A DNA stretch of 64,000 nucleotides from Schmidtea polychroa (taxonomy: Eukaryota): positions 46,254,001 through 46,318,000 of the forward strand of contig CM097885.1 of the NCBI GenBank assembly GCA_044892525.1, given 5' to 3'. Positions 1 to 15,053 of the stretch are shown one piece after another (the first letter of the stretch is position 1; each line of letters starts with the position of its first letter). The notes under the pieces were generated by a model, which was not told the origin of the DNA, ran no database searches, and saw only the letters and a list, made by a program, of their open reading frames with translations. Both the position numbers and the translations under genes were made by a program.

Positions 1-114
1 AAGTAAATTATTTTATCAGATATTTTTTTGTTTTTGTTTTTCTATCATAAATTTATTTTTGAGGTTTCCTTCCTTTATACGATATTTATAATTTTTTGGT
101 GCATGTTTGTTTTG

Positions 115-310
<196 letters not shown>

Positions 311-3300
311 AGATGACAATGAGTTTAGAAAATAAGCTGTCCTAATAAATGGAATAAATTGTTTTAAATAAACTCAAATCATTTTGTCCTGCGTCATAAT
401 TTCCTCTTGTAATCTTTCATTCTCGTCTAGAAAATAAATTTTTCATGAAAGGTTTTTTTTAAATATTAAATGATAAAAACTTTAAATTTGCTGACTGTAT
501 TCGTAGTTTGTTGGGTTTTCCTTGTAAATTCCTAGTTGTAAATATCCCACTTTTCATTAGCGTCCTACAAATTCACCAAAGTCCGGTGCCTAGAATGTCT
601 TTTATTACAAAATTTAATCTGATGCAATTTCTTTTTTCACGACTATTTCCATTAGCTTCACATTAAATGCAAAAAGGGAAATTCTACAAAAGAAAAATTC
701 ACAATTATGTAAATCTTTTTAATTACTAAGTTGACTAAATTAATTTTTTGTTATTGTGAGAATTTGTACAATGTAAAGGGAAAGTGTTCCGTTTTTTAAG
801 TATCACTTTAACCAGGTTTACTTTGTTATTAATTTGTTTTACTGTTCTTGAAGTAGTTAAATTATTTTTATATATTTGAGTTTTTATAAAGCTTAAGATA
901 AATGAAGGAAAGTTTCCTCAAAGGTATTTTATACTTTACAAATTCAATGACACAAATGAAACATCATACTATATGTTAAGGTTTCTGTCATAGTTAATAC
1001 TCTGAATAGAGGAGGCATTAACATCTGTAAAATCTTTAAAAGTCAATAATAATGTTCAGAACTCAGTTGTAAAAATATATTTTATATAAAGATTTTTGGA
1101 TGCTGTTGGTAAGCTTAAAGTTCTCAAAGGTTTGAATAAAGATACCCCATGAATTTAGTGAAAGCTACTTTATTGATTGGATTTCTGTGTTGTAAAGATT
1201 TGATTAGTGACAGAAAAAACATCTTTGATACTTGTTCCATAAGAAAATGAACTTTCGTTCTTCAAAGTCAATGTACATAAAAAGAAGGTTATTGTTATAC
1301 TTAGCGTTCCCAACCTTGCGTCGATGTTGACTTGGAGACAACGAATTCTGTTGTTGTAGAAAGAGGATGGATTAATAAAAAACTTATCAATTTGCATTTA
1401 TAAAATACATTTAATTCATTGTAAATAAATCAGAAAAAATAAAAATTCAAAAAAAAATTCAAAAATTCATTATATATACTGCTAGACGATTGCACTAGAC
1501 GATTGTTCTGGCCCGAGGAATTTTATTGTTACCCAGAAGTCCGAAGAACGCTATTGGTAACGCTAGTTATACTGCTGAGTATACTGCAAAGCATCACGAA
1601 TTAACATTTTTTAACATCAGACAAAAACGCATATACCCATTTTTTGTGAACAGCTTGACAAACTGAATGGCCAGATTTAAAGATATTGTACCGTTCTTTT
1701 GAATGGGAAATGAATCGTAGGTTATTATGGTAATGACAAATCACATGTAACTTGAAAACCCATGAAACACTAAACTCATTTTTTTGGAGATTACCTTACT
1801 CTTTATATTTATATATCTTTTTTATAAGGGCAGTTAAAAAGATTTCGTAACAAAAGACATTGACATTCTCCATAGGAATAAACAAATATATAATCATATC
1901 CAACTCTATAAAATATATTTTAGATTAAACGTTTAATATATATTAGAGAAAAAGATTATTACATGTCGGCTACAATGTGATTGCGGTAACTTTTATGTTT
2001 GTTTTAAATGGTATATTATTCCCAAAAATGTCGCCGTTTACTGTTTTATTGAGAAAATGTTAAAATGAATCTTTTATTTTGTAAGAGGGCAAAGTTCATT
2101 TATAGAGATATTTTAAGATAAATCAAATCTTCAAAAAATGTGAGAGCATTGATAAGCTCAAGCAGCCAACTTTTGTGTGTTTTGCAGTCATATATAATGA
2201 AAACTTATTATCCAAAATTGTTTATAAATCAAAATTAAGCTACTTTAAAATAAACAGCTTAACCGCTACGCTGCTGAAGTCATTTTGAAGAGACATACTA
2301 CGCGTCAATTTATTTGCTAACGGTTAAATCTATTTATTATTTCATTTATCTTGATAGTCACAAAAATTGAAATATCAAATAAAAAGAAAACAGTTCAAAG
2401 GTGACAGAGAAAATAAAATAATAAATTTGTTTGTTTAAACTAAATTTATTCAATTTATCTGAAAATATTTCAAAATACATTGGCAATCTAAATTATGAGT
2501 TAAAATAATATTAAAATTTTTGTAAAATGTATAATGAAAAGAAATAACTTTTAATTGCTAAAATTTTGCAAAAAAAGACTTTTAAAGGATATTTATGTAC
2601 ATATTTGTTATTCGAATAGGGTAGACCTCAATATTATTTTCTGCATTTACTATCCTATATTGTTAAGCCAAAGCTGAAAATAATAACTATTCAGAATTTG
2701 ATTAGTTTAAACAATCAATTCAATGAAAATTTTAAAACAATTAAATACATTGTCCAAATGTCGTCTCTATTTTTTAAAGTGAATGCCGGCCTTTTCAATA
2801 AATTGCAAATTAAATTGGTTTAGTTTTAGTTTATTTCTTTCATTTCTAAACAAATTTAATGTCTGTTGACTTTATTTGATAAATGTCGAATATATTGCTG
2901 AACTTGTCGAAAAAATGTCGAATACTTAATCATTTTATAATATAAAAGTTTCAATGGTCTTTTTAAAAACATTGTGTTGGGAGTGGTTTTTTTTGTTTTC
3001 TTTGATCACCGGAATACTTTGGATTGAAATCAAGATGTTTACTTTCGAAATGTTGTTTTAAGTACTACAACTCTAATTTTCCATTTTTTTAATTTTTTTC
3101 CAACTGACATAGTTCCAGTCGGGTGAGTGTGGTAAGTAACAAAAATGTTTTAATGGTAAATAAATAAAGTGTTTTAAAAATGTTTGTATAATTTATGTTA
3201 TTGTTTAATAATTAAACAAATTCAATTTTAATTTGTAATTGTTTAATTTATAATATATAAAATAATAATATAAAAGCTATGTGGCGATAATTACTGTTTT

Positions 3301-5359
3301 CGCAGGTAAAAATTATTAAATTGTTTATAAAAAATTTTAATAAATGTAAGTTGTGTATCACTGTTTTATATGTTTTAACTTAATATTTATTTGAAGCTTA
3401 ATTAATTAATTAAATTAAGTTCCTATTTGGAAGCATATAATTTCCAAAAGTTAGTTAGGCAAAAATTAAATCCACAAGTTTAATTTATTCAAAACATGTT
3501 TCTAATATTTACCAAAATATAATAGTTTTAAAAAAATCTTTATTAAATTATATAAAATAGGCATTATCTAATAAAGAAAAATGGATTTTCTGAGAATAAT
3601 GAAACATTTCATGTTAATTAGAGCTTAAATTTATTATATTATCGCCATCCCTTTTACGATATATTTCGATAGTCTGATTGTCATCATCCGATAGGAGAGA
3701 AAAATTATAGATATTCTAGACTAGTTAAACAAATTACAAAAATATTGTTATTATTTAAATTTTTTAATTTAATTTAATTCTTTTAATTATATCTAATTCA
3801 CAACCGATCCATGAATTTTAAAATTCTTGTTTAATATACCAAATTAACCATTCAATACATTTGAAAACATCAAAAAACAATCCACATACCTTTAATCTAA
3901 CATCCAATCTATTTAATAGTTATTTTAAAATAATGTTCACAGCATTTTGCACATTAATTTTCGGATCGAATATTCTTATCAACAACTGGTGTCACTGATT
4001 ACAAATTTCAAATCAAAATTGAAAAAAAATGTTTTTTTCATATAATAATTCATAGGTTACTTTAAATCTTTTATTTTTATGATTGGTGAAAAGAATACCA
4101 CTTTTATGAACTTAAATAATGCTACATGAACAAATCGCAAAGCTTTTGTAAAAGAAAATCTTTGAATCAATTGAAAACCTAAATATTTTCTAACGAATAT
4201 TTATATAAAACCTTTCTGAGCAATTAATCGAACCTTAATGTTCCTTATACCTAAATTCCAAGCACGATCACGGAGGAGTTTGTGTGGCTCATATCTCACC
4301 ATTAGAATAGATCCCGGTGTTAAAAACTAATCAAGTAAAATGATGAATTCTCTATATATCATTTAAAGATCTCGGTGACGAAGGAAATCGATAAACAAAA
4401 AAATTTTCGAATACCCTTATTTATTGTCCTTATAAAACTTTATAGTATCACGACGTACAATCCAGGAAATTATTTAGGCTTGTTAGAATATTTCAAGAAA
4501 TCCGATAAGAAATCTTGTGGTCGACATGTATTTTTTATTTATTTTTATCCATTTTTATTTATATTTATTCATGTGACAAAAGTCACTCCGTAATTATACA
4601 TAATTTCCAAATTGAATTTCCTTTAAGCAGACAATTTGGATATAATATTCACGTGACATTTTATGTTGTTGCATAGAAAATACACCAATAAGTAATTAAA
4701 TCAAAATTGTGTGCTCATTTTTCATAATGTTTGTGGATTAAATCGGATGTATTTCGCTTTTGCCCAATGACTTTGACTGTATGCCCCTAGTAAGTATACG
4801 TACGTTCAGCGGGAAGTGTACAGATTTTTCTGCTTATAGACGATTGGATTTGGGAAAATGTATAAGATTAATGTACCCTCAAGTACCTTGCACGTGTTTC
4901 CATTTTTATTGCATTTTTGATGAAATTGTTCTTCTCTTAATAATGTGTGACTTTGTTTTTTCAATCCAAACCTCTCATAAACAAATTCTTACTACGCCCC
5001 TGCTTAAACTATTTTTGAAAAGTCTAAAAATATAATGAAATTTCTAATAGCATTTGTAAGTACTCCATTATTATGCCATCCTATAAATAAAATAATTTGC
5101 CAAAATTCATTTCTGAGTTAAATATAAATTTTCCACATGTCTAATTGTGATTGAATTATGAAGACGTCTGACTGCCTTGAAGCGGGGAAATTAATTTCAT
5201 TTGTTGTCTCTCTTCAAATTAATTACTGACTTTGGTGGTTTTGACTTGTCGTAGACTTTTTAAGTCGTTCGCTTTGCATTTTTTCTAATTTTATTTTTGC
5301 ATAGTAAAATTTTGGGTTATTTTTTGTTTTAATTGCTCATTAATTTTAGTTTTTATTAG

Positions 5360-5398
5360 GACTTATTTCAGATCGCACTAAGCATTTCTGACAAAATA
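5360..5398 (+). CDS. Candidate 39-nt micro-exon (DLFQIALSISDKI), possibly upstream of the 7865 exon
   Basis: tttattAG acceptor and perfect GTAAGT donor. Open in phase 0/0, which fits the phase-0 acceptor before 7865. No homology recognised. Confidence 0.3.
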
Positions 5399-5717
5399 GT
5401 AAGTAACAAAATATTGCGATCTACTTATAAATTTGAAATTAAAATGATCAAATAATTGGTAAAGGATGTAAATTTTTGAAAATAAAAGTTGTTTTAATGT
5501 CGCCATTTTAATTGGGCAAGAAATTCACAACAAAAATAATGTGAAATTTTAGTTGAAGATGATCTGAATGGAAGCTTATACCGTTAAACTTTCTAACTCG
5601 GAGTAACTGTGCACTGGTGACTTGTTGGAGTAAACCTACATAGCTTCTCTCTAAAGAAGAGATTACTTATTCGAGTGTCCATAAGAAAAACTTTTTCAAT
5701 TTTGCTAAATTAGTATA

Positions 5718-6014
<297 letters not shown>

Positions 6015-6578
6015 GGTGTTTACTTACCCTAAAAGTTGCGTATATATTTTTACTTATTTACTCATATATTTTACTCTTAACCACAGTTGACAATAGGATC
6101 CCATGCTCCTGTCACATTTTACACTCGTTATAAATAAATAAAAGAAATTTTACTGATTTGACTGATATTAATTTGTTGTCATTTTGATGAAATTTTAATT
6201 ACATAACTTAGCAAAGAACTATTTTAGGATATTTGTAAACTTTGGAAAATGCTAATTCTCATAATTTTATAAATGGGAGGTTATTATCTCCAGCTAATCG
6301 CCACTATTATTAAGAATTATTAGGAAGTCTTAATTAGGGGCTGTGTAATTGCATATAGACTTGTTTTAATTTATTTGCATAAGTAAATATTTCTTTCCCA
6401 ACAAATAGTTATCTTAAATATAGGCGTAGCATTATCGTAGAAATTTATTTCTCTCTACAATATATTAATTCTATGTTAATTTTCTATTAATTTTTATACT
6501 TTTTTACAAATATATGACAGTGAAAATTTAACTATTAGAATCAATCTTTGCATAAACAACTAATATAGAAATAATGAA

Positions 6579-7847
<1,269 letters not shown>

Positions 7848-7864
7848 GAGATTTATATTTTAAG

Positions 7865-8635
7865 TTAGCAGAAAAACTTAGAGAGTGTCGAAGAAGAATG
7901 TTAACTTCACATGAATCTTTAAAGTTTGAGAAATCTCTTGAACTTGCTGCTAGAACACTTCGCGACATAAAATTTTCACCGGTGACAAATTCAGAACGCA
8001 TTTCAAATAAAGATATTAATTATACTAACAAAGTCAGTGTTGGAACGAATTCTAGAGAAACAGATTCTTTGTCGTCATTAACAGATTCTGATGTCGAACC
8101 TGTTGTTTTAAAACCTGACATACCAGTTATCAATAAAGACTTACCTCATAAAACAATTCCAGATTTTATTCAAAGATTACCTCTCATTAACGATTTAAGT
8201 CATACTAGTAGTAGTGATACATCAAACGAACATGATTCATCAGACAATGCTTCGTCTAGTCATGGTCGATCTGTGAGTTCTTCGAAACAATCATCATCAA
8301 AATTGAATTCAAAACAAACTACAATACTCAAAACATCGCAACATTCATCACGCAGCAATCGCAGTTCTAAAGTCGCTTTTAATAGAATGGTAACTGTAGA
8401 GGACGGGTCGGAGTTTCTTCAATTGAATTGTCCAGATGATGATTATGATGAAGATCTTAGCTCAATGACGTTAACATCTCCTCCACCGCCTCCTCCTCCT
8501 AGACTAAGTAGTCAAGATGAAACAGTAGTTGCTCCTGAAGCAGAGATAGTTGATGAGAATTCTAGATCTAGTAATATTTGGTATCAACAATATCATAATT
8601 CGTCAAATGGCAGAATTCCGAAAACCGAGTCGTGA
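7865..8635 (+). CDS. Terminal coding exon of an unidentified Ser-rich, polyproline-containing protein
   Basis: 245-aa ORF extends in frame back to a tttaAG acceptor (LAEKLRECRRRM...). Low-complexity Ser-rich region, a PPPPPPP tract and KVAF (an RVxF-like motif). Confidence 0.7.
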   Translation, partial: LAEKLRECRRRMLTSHESLKFEKSLELAARTLRDIKFSPVTNSERISNKDINYTNKVSVGTNSRETDSLSSLTDSDVEPVVLKPDIPVINKDLPHKTIPDFIQRLPLINDLSHTSSSDTSNEHDSSDNASSSHGRSVSSSKQSSSKLNSKQTTILKTSQHSSRSNRSSKVAFNRMVTVEDGSEFLQLNCPDDDYDEDLSSMTLTSPPPPPPPRLSSQDETVVAPEAEIVDENSRSSNIWYQQYHNSSNGRIPKTES

Positions 8636-9279
8636 TTGTTTGTAAATGTCCCTATTCCAAAGAGTCACTCTCCTATGAAAATGAAAAAAAACTTGTTGTA
8701 TTAAATTAATCTCGAGTATCTGCAACTATTATTCATAACTTTTATTCCTTATTTCAATTTCTTCTCATTTCAGATGCATATTTTTGTTTGAAATGATATT
8801 TTTCTTACGTAACATTCAATGTTGTTTATCTTAAATTTAATTTGTTAAATGGATTTTCTTGGTTGCCTTTTATTTTCCGCTAATAGCAGAAAGTATTTTC
8901 TTAAATATAAGAAAATTTTAAAGCCATGTCAGCATTTATTATTTATTAAAATATTTGTAATGGTTATTAATAAGAAACTAGTCAGAAATGTTTAAAATCG
9001 TCAATTTTGGATATATTTGATAATCTCTTTGAACTAAACCTTTTAAGTGTGACTCCGTCGAAAAATCTGCTTAACCATTTTTATAGCTATGTCTAGAACT
9101 TTGCGCTATATACTTTTAAACGTATCAAGCTGTTTGTTATTCTTGTAAAATAAGACGTTTATATTTAAAATGTTTTATATTTAAAACGTTTATATTTAAA
9201 ATGTTTTAATGCTTTAATTTTATTAATTAAGGCATAAATTGACATTACAATTTTTGTTTTAATAACATTCGGGCATGAA

Positions 9280-9281
<2 letters not shown>

Positions 9282-9325
<44 letters not shown>
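9282..9325. repeat. (TA)n microsatellite
   Basis: TA run. Confidence 0.95.
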
Positions 9326-9329
<4 letters not shown>

Positions 9330-9624
9330 TTAAGTATTAATTCGAATATTTGTTTGAATAAGTAATAAATTGCATTAAATTGAAAAATATTTAAAATGTT
9401 TAACAATAAAATATTCGATCTTTTTCACTATTGATTTTAATTTCGAATTTCCTTGATCTTTATTTATTTTCAGTATAGATCAACATTTTATGTAATGTTG
9501 AACATGAATTTTCAGCACAGGGTTTTTGCATGTTTGTTTTTTATAAAAAAGGAGTTGTTTTTGTTGCAAAGGATTCACATTTACGTACTGAACTAACATT
9601 TTCTATACTACTTATAAAAAATAA

Positions 9625-9920
9625 ACCATAAAAAACGTGGTTTTTGAAACTTTCTATATTTCACTCTTGATTTCAACATATTTTAGATATAATTACGCTA
9701 TCTCTTTAATAGGATATCCAAATCAATATTTTAAAATTAACCCATTTTCCTTGATTGGATCGATCTCAAATTTTGATAGCATGCAGTGTTCTCGACAACA
9801 AATCTACTTGGCAAATTTCAGCGCAATCCTATTACGGAAAGCAGGTTAATTTGGCCTCACAAAATTTGCGTGACACATACAAACATACATCAGCGAAGTT
9901 AATATAGAGAGAGTAAAAAT
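9625..9920 (+). mobile_element. Possible non-autonomous Helentron/DINE-1-like short element
   Basis: GATCTCAAA...AAATTTCAGCGCAATC...ACATACAAACATACAT...GAAGTTAATATA resembles HINE/DINE layouts. Ends not defined. Confidence 0.25.
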
Positions 9921-11848
9921 ATATATTGACAAAATATAAATTTATTATCATTTAAGTCTTTCAATTTCTTCATTTTCAATCTGTTATTTACAATTTTATT
10001 TATTTTTATTATTTTAGGATATAAAATAGTATATTAAATAGAAAACAATATAATGACATCAATATTGAAATAATGAAGCGAAATTAAATCTTATTTGACA
10101 TTCAATTCTCAAAGTATTTTATATTATCCACCAACGACCACATCGTTTTCGTTGGTAGTAGTAATTTCATCTATTACCAGAAATAAATGTCTTCTATAAA
10201 GAACTTAGAATATTTCCATAAGGATTCAATGTGTATAACAAGCTTTTGACTAGTTTCATCGAACAATTCCATTACATTGTTCATTACCACTTTGTGAAGG
10301 TCGCTAAGTTTTGTAAAAATGTAAATTTTTCGGTCGACCAATCGATTACAGCTCCTTTCTACGGATTCTTCACACGGAACAAATCCATACATTCTAAGGA
10401 ACAGACCCGTACATTATCGTAGAATTTCAATTCTTATTGCGATTGTTACGATAATATATACAAGGTATAAAATCCCTTGGGATTTGAAAAGAAACGACCA
10501 AAAATATTTCATTCCAAATTTACTCAATGTGATTTGACCTATTAAATGCGTCTGTCTTGTCATCATTCGCTACTATATTTCTCTTTTTTTAAAGGCTTTA
10601 TTTAGTTGAAACAGCCGCCATTTTATTTTAAAGTGCATTTAGTAAGCTGCAGCGATTTATCTGAGTTTTTGATAAATACGAATTTTTCAATATTTTTATA
10701 AGTTAAATAAGTTATAATATTGCATAAAATGTCAAAGTCTGAATGGACAATTAATTTATTTGTAATTTTTGTAATCTAATGCAACTAATTAGTGATTAAG
10801 TAAACTCTACTATTTAAATGGTGTAAATTATGTTATTTGAAATAATAAATCTTAAGATGGACTCGTATTCTAACTGATGACTACACCGGAAATATTCACA
10901 CAGTGACAATCCGAGAAAATGGGAATAACTCTGTAAGAGACGCACTACTGAAAAAGTTTAAGAACTTTTGTATATGAATAATGGAAGATTTGACGACAGA
11001 TTGGCTTAAGAAGTTGAAAATGGATACAAACCAATGATGATTGTATCACTCAAAATGACTTAAAGAAAGCAGAAGCATTCGGTTGTCTCCTCTGCGATGA
11101 AGCAGCTAGACTGTGAAAAACTTTAAAAAGAGAAAATCGAATGATTCAACGAAACATTTAAAATCAATTTGACTATTATGAACTAAATCAGGCATGAGCA
11201 ACATACGGCCCGCGGGCCGGATGCGACCCGCGAGCCTCTTTTGACCGGCCCCCAGTGTTCATTGATCCACACCATATAACCAGGCCCTTGATAAGCTTTC
11301 AGGAATGTATGCAGTTGACGTTAGAGCTACACCATTAGTACAAATACGCATTTAATATAAGCGTGGTGGTGCAGCAGTAAACTTTTTAATTATGACATTT
11401 TCATTATAGATTAGCATAAACATGAAAACATCTTTTGTCTATGAACAAGATTCAGTAATATAAAATCTCATAAGCGAAGACCGAATTTTATTGCAAAATA
11501 TTTATAAATCTTAAACTATAAATCGTAAAAGAAATTTTCTATCGATAAAGTTTGTAATTCTCATCATTTATCAAAAATGATATAGGTTTATAAATGTAGT
11601 AATAGATGAAATAAGCTAATTAAGGATTTCAGTATTTGTTTTTGGTTTATCTAATTTAATATTATTCCTTCTCGTTTTAATAATTACTTTTAAAAGATTT
11701 GTTTATTTTATCAAATTATTTTCATTTGAAATTTACAATTTTTAAATAAAAATGTAAGTTGAATATTTATTTATTTTTCATTGTGTTCATATAAATCAGG
11801 CATGGGCAACATTCCACTGATATTTCCAATAATTCTGATGAACCACAG

Positions 11849-13687
11849 TTGAGGATGAGCACTATTACAAAAAAACGAAAAGTTGACAGTGAACACCGAG
11901 TATTTAATGATAAGTGGACATCGGATTATCTGTTTGTAGAATCAAACAATATGCTCGTTTGTCTTGTTTGCTCGCAATCAATTTCCGTTAAAAAGGAATT
12001 TAATGTAAGACGGCATTACCAGACTCAGCATGCAGAAAAGTTCGATCAGATACAGGGACAATTAAGGAAAGATAGGATCGAATCTCTCCGAAAACCACTT
12101 CTAGGGCAACAGACATTCTTTATCAAAGTTAATAAAGAGGTTGAGTGTGTTGTGAAGGCGAGTTTCATGATAAGTGAGATAATTGCCAAGAAACTGAAAC
12201 CGTTTTCTGGTGGGGAGTTTGTCAAAGAATGCATTGATGCTGCTGTGGATTGTATCTGTCCCGAAAAAAATCAACTTTTCTCGAATATCAGCCTTTCTCG
12301 ATTTACAATCGTAAGACGAATTGATGATATTGCAAAAAACATTGAAACAATCTTGAAAGAAGAAGCTGAACTATTTCAAGCATATTCAATATGCCTTGAT
12401 GAAAGCACGGATATGACAGACACCGCGCAGTTAGCAATTTTTGTGCGTGGGGTTGATCAGGACTTCCACGTTACGGAAGAACTGTTGAAATTAGCGAGCA
12501 TGAAAGGGACTACAACTGGAGAAGATGTTTTTGATGAAATCAAAACTGCATTGGCAGAAAACGGGCCTTTTCTTCCAAAACTAACAGGAATAACGACAGA
12601 CGGAGCTCCGGCAATGGTTGGAATAAAAAATGGAGTAGTTGGTTTATTGAAGGCGGAGCTAGTTAAAATGAAAGGAAGTGAGCAATTAATTGCATCACAT
12701 TGCATAATCCACCAAGAGAATTTATGTGTAAAAGAACTAAAGATGGACCATGTGATGACAGTTGTTGTGAAAACCGTGAATTTCATAAGATCACGTGGAT
12801 TGAATCATCGACAATTCAAAGAGTTTCTCACTAGCATTGAGACAGAATACTCGGATGTAATTTACTTTAGCAAAGTTCGCTGGCTGAGCAGAGGAAAAGT
12901 ATTGCATCGCTTTTATTGCCTTCGTGAAGAAATTAAACTTTTTATGGAGATGAAGTCGAAACCAATTCCGGAGTTATCCGATGCAAATTGGCTAATTGAC
13001 TTGGCCTTTTTGGTTGACATCACAACGCATCTGAATGATCTAAACACGAAGTTACAAGGCCGGGATCAACTGATAAATAATCTTTACGATCATATCAAAG
13101 GATTTCAGACAAAGCTAAAACTATGGGAGAATCAATTATCAAAGGACATTACGGTGCATTTTCCAAATTTAACTGATTGCAAAAATGATGCAAATTTAGC
13201 TAACACGAAGAAATTTAATGAACACATAATTGCATTGAAAACACAGTTTTCTTCAAGATTTGCTGATTTTGCCGAACATGAAAATGATTTCAAACTATTT
13301 TCTGAACCATTCAGTGTTAATGTTGAGACGGCACCAGAATCAATGCAAATGGAGCTCATTGAATTGCAGTGTAATGGCGATCTGGAAAGAAAGTTTCGTG
13401 ACGTCTCTTTGATTCAATTCTACAAACTCTACATTTCTCAGAAAGCGTTTCCATCAATCCGATATCATGCGCTGAAAATGGTCTCACTTTTCCCCAGCAC
13501 TTACATCTGTGAACAATTCTTTTCTAAGATGAAACAAACAAAGTGCAAAAACAGATGTCGGCTCACTGATGATAACTTGTCAAACGAATTACGAGTAGCA
13601 ACATCAACTATCAAGGCAAATATTTCAGATTTATGTCGTGATAAGAAGTGTCAAATGTCACACAGACCAAAACCAGAACAAGATTGA
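11849..13687 (+). CDS. Intact Buster-type hAT transposase (612 aa)
   Basis: Zinc finger CLVC...RRHYQTQH, LDESTD (D1), TTDGAPAM (D2), HCIIHQENLC, VRWLSRG, and FPSTYICEQFFSKM (E). No stops. Confidence 0.97.
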   Translation: MRMSTITKKRKVDSEHRVFNDKWTSDYLFVESNNMLVCLVCSQSISVKKEFNVRRHYQTQHAEKFDQIQGQLRKDRIESLRKPLLGQQTFFIKVNKEVECVVKASFMISEIIAKKLKPFSGGEFVKECIDAAVDCICPEKNQLFSNISLSRFTIVRRIDDIAKNIETILKEEAELFQAYSICLDESTDMTDTAQLAIFVRGVDQDFHVTEELLKLASMKGTTTGEDVFDEIKTALAENGPFLPKLTGITTDGAPAMVGIKNGVVGLLKAELVKMKGSEQLIASHCIIHQENLCVKELKMDHVMTVVVKTVNFIRSRGLNHRQFKEFLTSIETEYSDVIYFSKVRWLSRGKVLHRFYCLREEIKLFMEMKSKPIPELSDANWLIDLAFLVDITTHLNDLNTKLQGRDQLINNLYDHIKGFQTKLKLWENQLSKDITVHFPNLTDCKNDANLANTKKFNEHIIALKTQFSSRFADFAEHENDFKLFSEPFSVNVETAPESMQMELIELQCNGDLERKFRDVSLIQFYKLYISQKAFPSIRYHALKMVSLFPSTYICEQFFSKMKQTKCKNRCRLTDDNLSNELRVATSTIKANISDLCRDKKCQMSHRPKPEQD

Positions 13688-13875
13688 TATTGATATGTTG
13701 GGTATATTTGAGTAGTATATGCAAACTTGAGAAGCATAAAAAATATAAATTCGAACAATCCAGAGTTTGTGCGAGTAAATAAATTATAAATATGGGATTA
13801 TTAAAGTTAAATTTGGGTATTTTCATAGTTTGTATATTTTGCCTTCCAATAACAACTAGTATATAGTATATAATA

Positions 13876-14246
13876 CAAGGGTTTCAAACTCAAACTGGCC
13901 TGCGGGCCGCATTAGACTAGTATTATGAGCCGGCGGGCCGCAACATAAATAATTGTTTTTCAGAACATGTGGAGTCTGAAACTCCGACGTTAATATTTAT
14001 TTGATTAAAAACTCAGCAAAACTAAAAAAACATTTTTTTATTATTAAGAATAATAATAATAACAATAATAATAATAATATGTATAACGTCAAATGTATAA
14101 ATAAAAATAATTAAAAGGATAAGTTTTAATTTATACAGCCAATCATGATTTTAATTGTTAAATAAGTTTGGTTAAATTACAAATCTATGTTTTTTCGTTG
14201 CGGGCCGCCAAATGTAACGCAACGGGCCGCGTGTTTGAGACCCCTG
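13876..14246. mobile_element. Charlie/Buster-type MITE (371 bp) nested in the 3' end of the hAT
   Basis: TIRs CAAGGGTTTCAAAC / GTTTGAGACCCCTG (12/14). 8-bp TSD ATATAATA (13868-13875 and 14247-14254). Repeated CGGGCCGC motifs. Confidence 0.93.
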
Positions 14247-15053
14247 ATATAATATATAATATATGCCTAATCATGTAAATTTAAATGATCTTTGCTATTA
14301 AAAAGATATATTATTGGAATATATATTAATAAATTCGTGCTAAATACATCCGGCCCCTGAAACATTTTCAAAGACTGAACTGGCCCCTAACAAAAACAAG
14401 TTGCTCATGCCTGAACTAAATTAAAGAACTTCCGGCAATCAGCAAGATGAAAATATGTAACCTTTGATGATTAAACTCAAGGATAAAGTTATTAATTCAA
14501 GAATAAAGTTAGCTGAAATTCCCAGTTAAATTTTAACTGGACAAGTCAAAGATGAAAGATTAAAAGATGCACTGGCAACAAAACCATTCATTACTCCTGA
14601 AGAACCTAATTATCAAGCAAAAATTCATGATAAAGTGGAATTCAAGGAAAAGGATGAAAAATTATGATTATTAAGAAATATGGTTATGTAGAAGCAAAAA
14701 TGAATCCAAGAAAAAATAATGGCATCAAGAAGAGCAATATTACAGGGAAATGCATATAAGAGAAATTCTGAGATGAATAACTCAGTCAAACGGCATATGC
14801 AAAGAAGAACATCAACGGTATCGCCTAAAAAATATTCAAAGAGATCATACAATCGATTTAGAAGCTTTTCTAAACCAAGCAAAGATGAGTTACAGTCAAG
14901 TCAATGTTTTTAATATATTGAGAAAATTCATGACAGACTTTAAAAAACTTTTAAATTCACTTGAAACATTTAGCATTATTATTACCAAGCAATTCTACGA
15001 TTTTTTTCAAATATAGAAATTTTTTGTGATGCGTTAATTGATGGAAAATAATT

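Larger units (their letters stand above)
11189..14413 (+). mobile_element. Full-length hAT DNA transposon, Buster/Charlie (SPIN/GTF2IRD2-like) family
   Basis: Perfect 14-bp TIR CAGGCATGAGCAAC. 8-bp TSD AACTAAAT (11181-11188 and 14414-14421) fits the Buster nnnTAnnn consensus. Subterminal GGCCC motifs. Intact transposase. Confidence 0.97.
10981..14940 (+). pseudogene. Decayed gag-like retrotransposon sequence, split by the hAT at 11189-14413
   Basis: Broken reading across the insertion: MEDLTTDWLKKL...KAEAFGCLLCDEAARL before it, and GQVKDERLKDALATKPF plus a basic region ending in QCF (possible degenerate zinc knuckle) after it. Confidence 0.4.

Noticed and set aside
4992..5002. CTACGCCCCTG, a hAT/Tip100-like TIR
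   Set aside because: No partner end or TSD found.
10174..10560. Short overlapping ORFs
   Set aside because: No motif or consistent splice structure.
10874..10900. CTGATGA...GGAAA hammerhead-like core
   Set aside because: Stems I-III cannot be formed.
12046..13359. Antisense ORFs inside transposases (also 29559-30587, 59731-60036, 61340-61540)
   Set aside because: Shadow ORFs of the real coding strand.
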